Positions 18,901-26,114 of a DNA stretch of 64,000 bases are shown here, piece after piece. The notes under the pieces are model-generated. The model was not told the origin of the DNA. It searched no databases and was given only the letters and a program-made list of their open reading frames with translations. Both the position numbers and the translations under genes were made by a program. Origin of the DNA: Acidimicrobiales bacterium (GTDB taxonomy: Bacteria; Actinomycetota; Acidimicrobiia; Acidimicrobiales; Poriferisodalaceae); assembly GCA_014239555.1 (NCBI GenBank), contig JAAZYR010000007.1, positions 3,141-67,140 on the forward strand, read 5' to 3'. Each line of letters starts with the position of its first letter. Within the stretch, counting starts at the first letter, position 1.

Positions 18901-19893
18901 TCATACCTTTTCGAGGCCTCCGCTGAGGAGTTCTTTCCAGAGCGAGCGATAGTTAGGCCACGTTATTTCTGGTGTGATGTAACCCTCCTCTTCGAGGATT
19001 TCGGTCAGTTTGGGTAAATTCCGGAACGGAATTCCACTGTCAACATGATGAGCGAGATGGTGACCGACACAATGTGGCACAAGAATTATTCGAGCAATCA
19101 GGCCCTGCTCAACATGGTGAGCAGTGTTTCGACGATCCAAAGACCTAGTCATTCCTCCATGCTCGGCGATTGCTCTGAGTCGGTTAAGGACTTGGTATGC
19201 CGTTGCAAACGGGAGCACCCACAAGAAGAGATACGCCCATGGGTGTCCAAAAAGGGCAAAGAGTGCAAAAATAATTACCTGTCCGAGGTAAAAGCGAAAA
19301 CTGTTAGCCCAGTAACGCCGTTGGAATAAACCGGTGAGTCGCGGACGCAACGCCCTATATGCAGAAACGCCAGTGCTATCTCGACGGAGCTTTCGCCGCA
19401 TCGACGCCCGCGTTATTGGGTAGAGGGCATACAGGAGAAAGTCGGGCTCCTTGGGCCCGAATTCATCGCGGTGGTGATGGGTGTGTGCCCGACGATAGGC
19501 GTGAGTTCCGGTCCCGAACGACAACCAACCGAAGATTGTCACTCCAATGAGATCGTTTAACCGTCGATTGGAAAATAAAAGACGGTGAGCTCCTTCGTGA
19601 TGAAGAACAAACATTCGATTTTGAACGATCCCCATGATGGGAACGGCCACAAGAATGGCTGCCCAATGGTCGAAGTAAAATACTGCGGCGAGAACGGCAA
19701 TCGGCAGGGCTAGCGAAGATAAGCAAGCCCACAAGTTCCGCAGGTCACTTATCGTGCGGAGCTCTGCTCGTAGTCCTGGCGAAGGCTTGCCATCGGGTCG
19801 ACAAATGTCGCTACCAGCAAAGGTTGCTGGTGACGGCACCATGCCACCGGTCATTGTCTCGACAAGAGCTTCGTGACTCGGAGCAGTGCTCAT
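18901..19893 (-). CDS. Membrane fatty-acid-desaturase-family di-iron oxygenase
   Basis: Three histidine boxes (HEGAH, HTHHH, HHLAHH) and hydrophobic segments. I chose the start at ATG 19893. The longer ORF to 20004 would overlap the divergent thrH-like gene. Confidence 0.8.
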   Translation of the reverse strand: MSTAPSHEALVETMTGGMVPSPATFAGSDICRPDGKPSPGLRAELRTISDLRNLWACLSSLALPIAVLAAVFYFDHWAAILVAVPIMGIVQNRMFVLHHEGAHRLLFSNRRLNDLIGVTIFGWLSFGTGTHAYRRAHTHHHRDEFGPKEPDFLLYALYPITRASMRRKLRRDSTGVSAYRALRPRLTGLFQRRYWANSFRFYLGQVIIFALFALFGHPWAYLFLWVLPFATAYQVLNRLRAIAEHGGMTRSLDRRNTAHHVEQGLIARIILVPHCVGHHLAHHVDSGIPFRNLPKLTEILEEEGYITPEITWPNYRSLWKELLSGGLEKV

Positions 19894-19963
19894 AGCGCAA
19901 CGGTACTGGTTTCTGGCATTTGGTTTGCTATTACACCCCCAGTAGGTGAAAGGCTGTCTGTTC

Positions 19964-20569
19964 GTGCAACGCATAATCGCATTAGATATGGAAGGTGTCG
20001 TCACTCCTGAGATTTGGATTGCTGTGGCCTCGCGTACTGGGATTTCTGAGCTGCGGCTTACTACACGCGATGAACCTGACTATCAAAAACTGATGGATAG
20101 GCGAATTGCCATCCTTGATGAACACAAAATCCCGTTGTCACTCATCACCGATGTCATCTCAGAGTTGGATGTTTTGGAAGGATCACGGGCTTTCCTAGAT
20201 GGTTTACGGCGAAAATACCCTGTAGTTCTGTTGTCCGACACGTTCGCTCAATTCGCGAATCATTTCATGACACAGCTGGGGTATCCGCATCTGTTGTGTC
20301 ACCGGCTGGTTATTGAAGCGGACCAGATCACACGCTTTGTTCCAAGGGTTGAGGACGCTAAACGGCGAGCGGTCCTTGGCTACCAAGAATTGGGCTATCA
20401 CGTGACGACAGTTGGTGATTCTCATAACGACATCAGCATGTTGCAACAAGCAGAAGCTGGATGCCTGTTCCGCGCTGCGCCGGGCCTCCCAGAGAAATAT
20501 CCGAACTTGGTCTCCTTAGAGGCCTACGATGAACTCATCGAATGGATTGACATCTCCGCAGGCAGCTAG
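19964..20569 (+). CDS. thrH: ThrH-like HAD phosphatase (phosphoserine phosphatase / homoserine phosphotransferase family)
   Basis: LDMEGVVTPEIWIAVASRTGISELRLTTRDEPDYQKLMDRRIAILDEH closely follows the Pseudomonas ThrH N-terminus as I recall it. HAD motif GDSHNDISML is present. GTG start at 19964. Confidence 0.7.
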   Translation: MQRIIALDMEGVVTPEIWIAVASRTGISELRLTTRDEPDYQKLMDRRIAILDEHKIPLSLITDVISELDVLEGSRAFLDGLRRKYPVVLLSDTFAQFANHFMTQLGYPHLLCHRLVIEADQITRFVPRVEDAKRRAVLGYQELGYHVTTVGDSHNDISMLQQAEAGCLFRAAPGLPEKYPNLVSLEAYDELIEWIDISAGS

Positions 20570-20586
20570 CGACATAGGAGAACAGC

Positions 20587-21108
20587 GTGACTAAACCCGC
20601 CAAGCTCGCACATTTTGTTTTGCGCACAAGCGACATTGATCGTCTAGCCGACTGGTACTGCTCAGTGCTCGAAGCAAGGGTCGTCCATCGCAACAAAATG
20701 ATCTCCTTCGCCACATTCGATGATGAACATCATCGGATCGCTTTTATAGATCGAGGGTTTAAAAGCGGCCCCGACCTTGAGAGCAACGGTGTTGATCACG
20801 TGGCTTTCACTTATGAAACCCTCGAAGACTTACTGTCGAACTACGTGCGTCTACGCGATCAAGGAATCGTGCCCGAGCGCACAATCAATCACGGACCGAC
20901 AACTTCGATGTACTACCGAGACCCTGATGGGAATCGCATTGAACTGCAGGTCGAGAACTTTGCAGACTCACAAGACGCGATTGACTTCATGAACGGTCCG
21001 GTATTTGAGGCAAACCCTATTGGGGTGCTGTTCGATGCCGATGAATTAGTGGATCGATTTGACGCAGGTGTGCCTGAAGAAGAACTGGTTCGCCAAGGGG
21101 ATGGTTGA
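20587..21108 (+). CDS. VOC-family protein (single-domain extradiol dioxygenase / glyoxalase-like)
   Basis: LAHFVLRTSDIDRLADWY...HHRIAF...VDHVAFTY...YYRDPDGNRIELQ shows the typical VOC metal-ligand pattern. Confidence 0.8.
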   Translation: MTKPAKLAHFVLRTSDIDRLADWYCSVLEARVVHRNKMISFATFDDEHHRIAFIDRGFKSGPDLESNGVDHVAFTYETLEDLLSNYVRLRDQGIVPERTINHGPTTSMYYRDPDGNRIELQVENFADSQDAIDFMNGPVFEANPIGVLFDADELVDRFDAGVPEEELVRQGDG

Positions 21109-21125
21109 GTAGCAGCAGGGCTAGC

Positions 21126-22196
21126 TCAAGGTTTCTTGCTGATGAAGTAGTTGTTGCCGCGATCATCCCGTATTCCCGCAATCTCTATGTCGACGAATCC
21201 AGCATTGGTCAAATACTCGGTCGCGAGTTGATGGCCCCAAGCGGCGCCTAGGCCTTCTCCTCCATAGGCCAAAGACACCGTCATGCAGTGCATTGTGGAA
21301 ATGGTGTACATGTACGGTGCCATTGGATCTGGAATGTTGTCTTCCAAACGACTTGATGCCTTTGGTTCCACGCACAGATATGTGCCGCCAGGCCGAAGCA
21401 TCGCGAAAATGTTCGAAAGCACTGTTGTCGGATGAGCTTGATCGTGGATGGCGTCAAAGGTGGTTACGAGATCGAACCGCTCGTGTTGGTCCAGTCCTGC
21501 CGCGTCCGCGACCTCGTAAGAAACATTCGTTTGTTCACGCGCCACTTCAGACGCGTGTGCGATCCCATCTTGAGACATGTCAAAGCCGACAAATTGACTA
21601 TTGGGGAATTCCTTGCCCAAGAGGTAACTAGCTAAGCCGCTGCCGCACCCTACGTCAGCTACATCAATGCCTGAGGTGAAGGCGTCATCCATATCGAGCA
21701 AGGGGACTACCTGATTGACCAGACCACTATGAAAACGTCGTTCGCTACTTTCTGCCGTCAAAGCTTGAAATCGCGGGAATTTGTCGTAGGGAACACCGCC
21801 ACCATTTTGGAAGGCGTCGACGAGATCATCCTCAACTTCTCCCAGGAGAGAGATGTGTTGCATTGGCACCGTTAGGTTCAGAGGCCCAGCGCGTCGCGTT
21901 ACTAGCCCAGAATGTTCCGCAGGTAGTTGAAAGGTTTCATTGTCTGCGTCATAGTCAACGATCCCGCCGCAAGCCATCGCTGCTAGCCACTCGCGCACGT
22001 AGCGTTCGTCGAGACCAGCATTCGCAGCTATTTCGGACGAGCTTCTGGCCGCAGTTCCGTCCATCGCGTCGAAAAGACCAGCCTTGTGGCCGACACTCAT
22101 CATGAGGGACAGAGCACCGTCGTTCAGGATGTCGAGCATTCGTTTTGTGAAGGCACGAGCCCTGTCTTTGTCAAAGGATGTTGCGGTTTCGGTCAT
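21126..22196 (-). CDS. Class I SAM-dependent methyltransferase with N-terminal winged-helix-like domain
   Basis: SAM motif I (DVGCGSG). Size and N-terminal domain resemble Rv2258c-type methyltransferases. Confidence 0.85.
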   Translation of the reverse strand: MTETATSFDKDRARAFTKRMLDILNDGALSLMMSVGHKAGLFDAMDGTAARSSSEIAANAGLDERYVREWLAAMACGGIVDYDADNETFQLPAEHSGLVTRRAGPLNLTVPMQHISLLGEVEDDLVDAFQNGGGVPYDKFPRFQALTAESSERRFHSGLVNQVVPLLDMDDAFTSGIDVADVGCGSGLASYLLGKEFPNSQFVGFDMSQDGIAHASEVAREQTNVSYEVADAAGLDQHERFDLVTTFDAIHDQAHPTTVLSNIFAMLRPGGTYLCVEPKASSRLEDNIPDPMAPYMYTISTMHCMTVSLAYGGEGLGAAWGHQLATEYLTNAGFVDIEIAGIRDDRGNNYFISKKP

Positions 22197-22214
22197 GCGA
22201 TAATTATCTCATCA

Positions 22215-23672
22215 TCAAGTTGACGTTTGCTCGGGAAGTTGCGCCCGTGGATACAAAAACCACATAAGTGGCGCAACGAGCAGCATGAGTAGCCCGAGTA
22301 CGAGCCACATGAGGTCATATCTCGCAATTGTGTGGGTCCCGTTTAATACAGTGATGGCTATAGCGACACCCATTCCTCCCACTGCGTACCGCAGGCTTTG
22401 ATGAATACCGTTCGCTGTAGCAATGGACCGTTCGGGAATATCGCGTAGTGCTGCGCTGTTGAGTTGACTCGCGAGAATTCCCATACCCAACCCAAACAAA
22501 ACTGAAGCTGGGAAGAAAGCGAGCCAGTACTCAACCTCCTCATCGAGAAGGAAGTACAGCCAAAAGAAGCCCACAGTTGCAGTCAACGAGGCAAGTGTCA
22601 TTATTCCTCGGAACCCGTGCTTGTCCGCCCAACGCCCGCCCATGACAGCCACGCACGCAGAAATTACTGGAGATGGAGTAAAAGCCAACCCAACTTTAGT
22701 TTTGCTGTAACCCCAAATCTCTGTGAGGAAAAGGGGCCATAAGAACCAACTTGTGAAGGCGCCGACCATGGCGAAAGTCACCGCGATGTTGGAAATGGTG
22801 AAGGAGCGAATACGAAACAAAGCCGGATCAAACAAGGGCTCTGGATGGTTCGAAGATCGGCGGATGAAGATTGGGAGTAGCAGCGCTGCACCCACAAAGC
22901 AGGCCAAGGTGTACGGAGAGGCCCAACCCCAAGCCCTTCCCTGGAGGGTTCCGAGGACAAGCAAAAACACGGATCCGCTGCCCATCAAGACACCAAGGAG
23001 ATCCAGCGACTGCTTTGTTGACGGCTCAGCGGTTTCCCTCAAGAAGAACTTGGCTCCCAGCAGACCTAAGCCGATGATGGGAACGAGTACCAGATACACC
23101 CAACGCCAAGAGCTGATTTCCAAGACGAACGCCGCGAAACCTGGTGACAATCCGGAAGCAAACATTCCAGCCGCGGCCCAAAGCCCGATCACGCTGGCTT
23201 GTTTTGCCTGCGGAAATTGTGGAAGTACTAGAGCGAGAGACGAAGGCACCGTTAATGCCCCGAACATGCCCTGAAGAGCCCTTGCCAAAACGAGGATTAG
23301 AGGGTTAGGGGCGAGGCCAGCACCTAATGCACCAAGGAGTAAGCCGAACAATCCGATACGAAATATTGTCAACCGCCCGTAACGGTCGGCGAGGCGACCT
23401 CCTGCCAACATGGTGGTGGCAAACGCCAATGAGTAGCCCGCAATAATCCAGCCAGTCATGCCGGTGCTGACTCCAGGAAACGACCTCACTATCTCGGGAA
23501 ACGCAACGTTAGAGACTGTCACGTTGACCGTGCCGAGGACGAAGGCAAGGGATCCGGTTGCTAGCGCGAAATAAGGTCGCCCCGCCCGCTGCTTTCCGAT
23601 ATCGGGTGCGTGTTCACCGCGTTGCACAGCGAACACCATTGGGGTTCGCTGATCTAGCCGGGCGTCATCCAC
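22215..23672 (-). CDS. MFS transporter (14-TMS DHA2-like)
   Basis: Highly hydrophobic 485-aa ORF with an MFS motif-A-like GRLADRYGR. The start is uncertain. Confidence 0.85.
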   Translation of the reverse strand: MDDARLDQRTPMVFAVQRGEHAPDIGKQRAGRPYFALATGSLAFVLGTVNVTVSNVAFPEIVRSFPGVSTGMTGWIIAGYSLAFATTMLAGGRLADRYGRLTIFRIGLFGLLLGALGAGLAPNPLILVLARALQGMFGALTVPSSLALVLPQFPQAKQASVIGLWAAAGMFASGLSPGFAAFVLEISSWRWVYLVLVPIIGLGLLGAKFFLRETAEPSTKQSLDLLGVLMGSGSVFLLVLGTLQGRAWGWASPYTLACFVGAALLLPIFIRRSSNHPEPLFDPALFRIRSFTISNIAVTFAMVGAFTSWFLWPLFLTEIWGYSKTKVGLAFTPSPVISACVAVMGGRWADKHGFRGIMTLASLTATVGFFWLYFLLDEEVEYWLAFFPASVLFGLGMGILASQLNSAALRDIPERSIATANGIHQSLRYAVGGMGVAIAITVLNGTHTIARYDLMWLVLGLLMLLVAPLMWFLYPRAQLPEQTST

Positions 23673-23734
23673 CGGCTTGAGGGTACGCTGCGCCCGCCTC
23701 TAAAAGTGCTTCAACGAACGCTAGTGAGAACAAT

Positions 23735-24490
23735 ATGGAAACTGATCTTGTTGACACCAAGACAAAGGGCCACATAACGATCATTACGCTGCATCGTCGC
23801 GACAAACGAAACGCTTTCGACCCAAACCTGACTTTTGCTCTCAATCAGGCGCTGGATTCGTTTGAAGACGACCCTGACCAGTGGGTAGCCGTACTAACGG
23901 GCGGGACCGACATGTTTTCCGCCGGGAGTGACCTCAAAGAGGGAAGCGGTAAGTCTGACCGGGGGGGCGAGTACGGCATAATTCGCCGGCGCCGGGTCAA
24001 ACCACTGGTGGCGGCAGCGGAAGGGATGGCCCTTGGGGGCGGACTGGAAATACTGTTTTGCTGTGACCTAATTGTCGCTTCAACGGATCTCCGCTTGGGT
24101 TTACCCGAAGTTAAGCGTGGGGTGTTGCCCACCAGCGGCGGGCTTTTTCGAGCCCTCCGGTCGCTTCCACTGCACGTAGCGAAAGAAGTTGTCTTAACGG
24201 GTGAAGAGCTATCAGCGGAACGGGCGTTGCAGTATGGCCTAATCAATCGACTTGTGGGGCCGGGGCAAGCCTTAGAAGTCGCTGTTGCATTGGCCGAACA
24301 AATCGCGTCGAATTCTCCTACCTCGACACGGCACTCTGTGCAGGCAATGGAACGGATCCTCGCTAGCGGAGACGAACTTGGCTGGTCTGTGACTGACTAC
24401 GCTCGATCAGAGGTTTTTGCGAGCGAAGACCGCAAAGAGGGCATCAAAGCGTTTTTTGAACGGCGTGACCCAGAATGGAAAGGTCGCTAA
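23735..24490 (+). CDS. Enoyl-CoA hydratase/isomerase (crotonase) family
   Basis: FSAGSDLKE and ALGGGLEILFCCD oxyanion-hole motifs. C-terminal EGIKAFFERRDPEW. Confidence 0.9.
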   Translation: METDLVDTKTKGHITIITLHRRDKRNAFDPNLTFALNQALDSFEDDPDQWVAVLTGGTDMFSAGSDLKEGSGKSDRGGEYGIIRRRRVKPLVAAAEGMALGGGLEILFCCDLIVASTDLRLGLPEVKRGVLPTSGGLFRALRSLPLHVAKEVVLTGEELSAERALQYGLINRLVGPGQALEVAVALAEQIASNSPTSTRHSVQAMERILASGDELGWSVTDYARSEVFASEDRKEGIKAFFERRDPEWKGR

Positions 24491-25056
24491 TGCGATTATC
24501 GATTCCTGACGAGAGCCAACTTTCCACATCGCAGCGCAAGCTTCGAGACGCAGTTGTGGGCAGCAGGAAAGGCCTGGGCCCCGAAATTTGGGGACGTGGC
24601 CCGTTTGGCGTGTGGCAGAACGCTCCTAACGTGGGCCAGCCTGCATTGGATTTAGGCGGGGCTGTTCGCTTCAGTACCGAGATCCCCGCCGATGTTCGTG
24701 AGGTAGCTATTTGCACCGTTGGGGTCCATTATCGAGCGAAATTCGAATTCGCGGCGCACAAAGCAATCGGTATCGCCGCGGGCCTTGAAACGGATGCGCT
24801 CGATCGTCTGGCTGAAGGAGAAAGTCCAGGATGGGTCGGGGCCTTAGAGCTAACGCACCGATATACGAAAACGCTTCTGGAGGAACACCGTGTGGCTCAA
24901 GGGTTGCATGATGAACTCACAGCCGAATTTGGTGAACAAGGTGCTGTGGAAATTGTGACAACCATCGGCTACTACTGCCTGATCTGTCTCACGCTCAACG
25001 CCTTCGAGGTTCCGCTGTCGACTCAAATGAATGATCCGTGGCCTGAAGATAGTTGA
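24490..25056 (+). CDS. Carboxymuconolactone decarboxylase (CMD/AhpD-like) family protein
   Basis: The start ATG overlaps the crotonase stop (TAATG). The REVAICTVGVHYRAKFEFAAH segment is typical of the CMD family. Confidence 0.75.
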   Translation: MRLSIPDESQLSTSQRKLRDAVVGSRKGLGPEIWGRGPFGVWQNAPNVGQPALDLGGAVRFSTEIPADVREVAICTVGVHYRAKFEFAAHKAIGIAAGLETDALDRLAEGESPGWVGALELTHRYTKTLLEEHRVAQGLHDELTAEFGEQGAVEIVTTIGYYCLICLTLNAFEVPLSTQMNDPWPEDS

Positions 25057-25248
25057 ATGCCCTAGGGACCGCAGGCCTCCACAATGAATGTTTGTATTGA
25101 ATTTCTCGTGAAATGTCGGGTTAGTGGTGGCCTCCGCGAGACCGAGGTCAAAGTCGCCCCCAAAAGATAGGGAGACAGCCCGAAGTAGCGGTCGGCCCAG
25201 GGTTGAGTGGTAAACGTCACGGTTTGCTCGTGATCTACGCTAAGGGAC

Positions 25249-25893
25249 ATGTCTTCCGAAGCTGTGCAGATAACCGTTTGGTCCGATTACCTCTGACCTT
25301 GGTGTTGGGTTGGGGCCGTGCGTCTCGACGAGTTGGCTGAACAAGAGGGGGACGGTATTGCGATCGAGTGGAAATCGTTCTTGTTGCGGCCTGAACCCGA
25401 GCAGAGGACGCTCGCGGAATTTACTGAATATACGAAAAGTTGGGAACGTCCAGCTGGGCTTGAACCTCTAGCTGAGTTCAACACCCCGTGGTCTGGTGCT
25501 AGCCCACCGCCATCACATTCTTTACCTGCGGCCATAGCCGGCAAAACTGCCGCCACATTCGGCCAAGAGGCCTGGCGCCGCTACCACCAAAAGTTGTTGC
25601 GTGCCTATTTTATTGAGAACCGGGATATTTCGAGTTCTCATGTTCTTTTAGAAGTTGCTCGCGAAGCTGACATCGATGCGAATGTTTTCGAAGAGACCCG
25701 AATAGCCAACGGTAAAGACTTTGAGACAGAGGTGTTCGCGGAGTACAACGAGGCCTTAACGAGTGGCGTTAATGGGGTGCCAGCTGTAGTGATTGATCAC
25801 CGGTACTTAGTTTCTGGTGCCGTTGAAGTTGAGCATTACCAAAAAGCTCTGGCCCACTACAGAGAAATTCGAGACGAAGAAAATAGCCGCTAA
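25249..25893 (+). CDS. DsbA/FrnE-like thiol:disulfide oxidoreductase with in-frame TGA at the first Cys of CxxC (selenoprotein candidate, or pseudogene/sequencing error)
   Basis: The ATG at 25249 reads MSSEAVQITVWSDYL-TGA(25294-25296)-PWCWVGAVRLDELAEQ. This continues in frame into the 25318..25893 ORF. The WSDxxCPWC motif of this family is reconstituted if the TGA is decoded. Confidence 0.65.
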
Positions 25894-25898
25894 TAGTG

Positions 25899-25919
25899 CT
25901 CTGGGGTGCGTCGCCAGAG
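25899..25919 (+). terminator. Weak hairpin after the DsbA-like gene
   Basis: CTCTGG-N9-CCAGAG followed by TT, 6 nt after the stop. Confidence 0.25.
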
Positions 25920-26114
25920 TTGATCTAGGCCTTACGGACTTATCACTAAGGAAATTAGTCGCCGCTGAGTTCCGAGAGGTTCCGAACTGACTCTTCTATG
26001 TGACTTGCCACAGTGCTTGTCGTCACTGTTCTAGATGTAGGGAACGACGCTGGTCAGCGCTAGACCGAACCAGCGCTAGTTTCGTGCCGGTCGGAGATAT
26101 AGGGAGAATCGCGA

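Noticed and set aside
19894-20004. Longer start for the desaturase-like gene
   Set aside because: It would overlap the ThrH-like gene start. The extension (MTTPSISNAIMRCTNRQPFTYWGCNSK...) has no hydrophobic or conserved character.
25057-25248. Possible tRNA-Sec (selC) or other tRNA next to the TGA-containing gene
   Set aside because: I found no T-loop GGTTCGA-type motif and no acceptor/anticodon stem arrangement on either strand. The 62-aa minus-strand ORF here (25062..25250) also looks non-coding.
25294-25296. Genome-wide reassignment of TGA to a sense codon (code 4/25) as the explanation for the in-frame TGA
   Set aside because: TGA clearly terminates several well-conserved genes in this window at the expected C-termini (cysD, cysNC, ahcY, argG).
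25291-25315. 8-bp hairpin (three G-U pairs) that includes the TGA itself, with a UUGGUGUUG loop, as a SECIS element
   Set aside because: The apical loop begins only 3 nt after the UGA. Bacterial SECIS loops lie roughly 16-37 nt downstream, so this is not a convincing SECIS.
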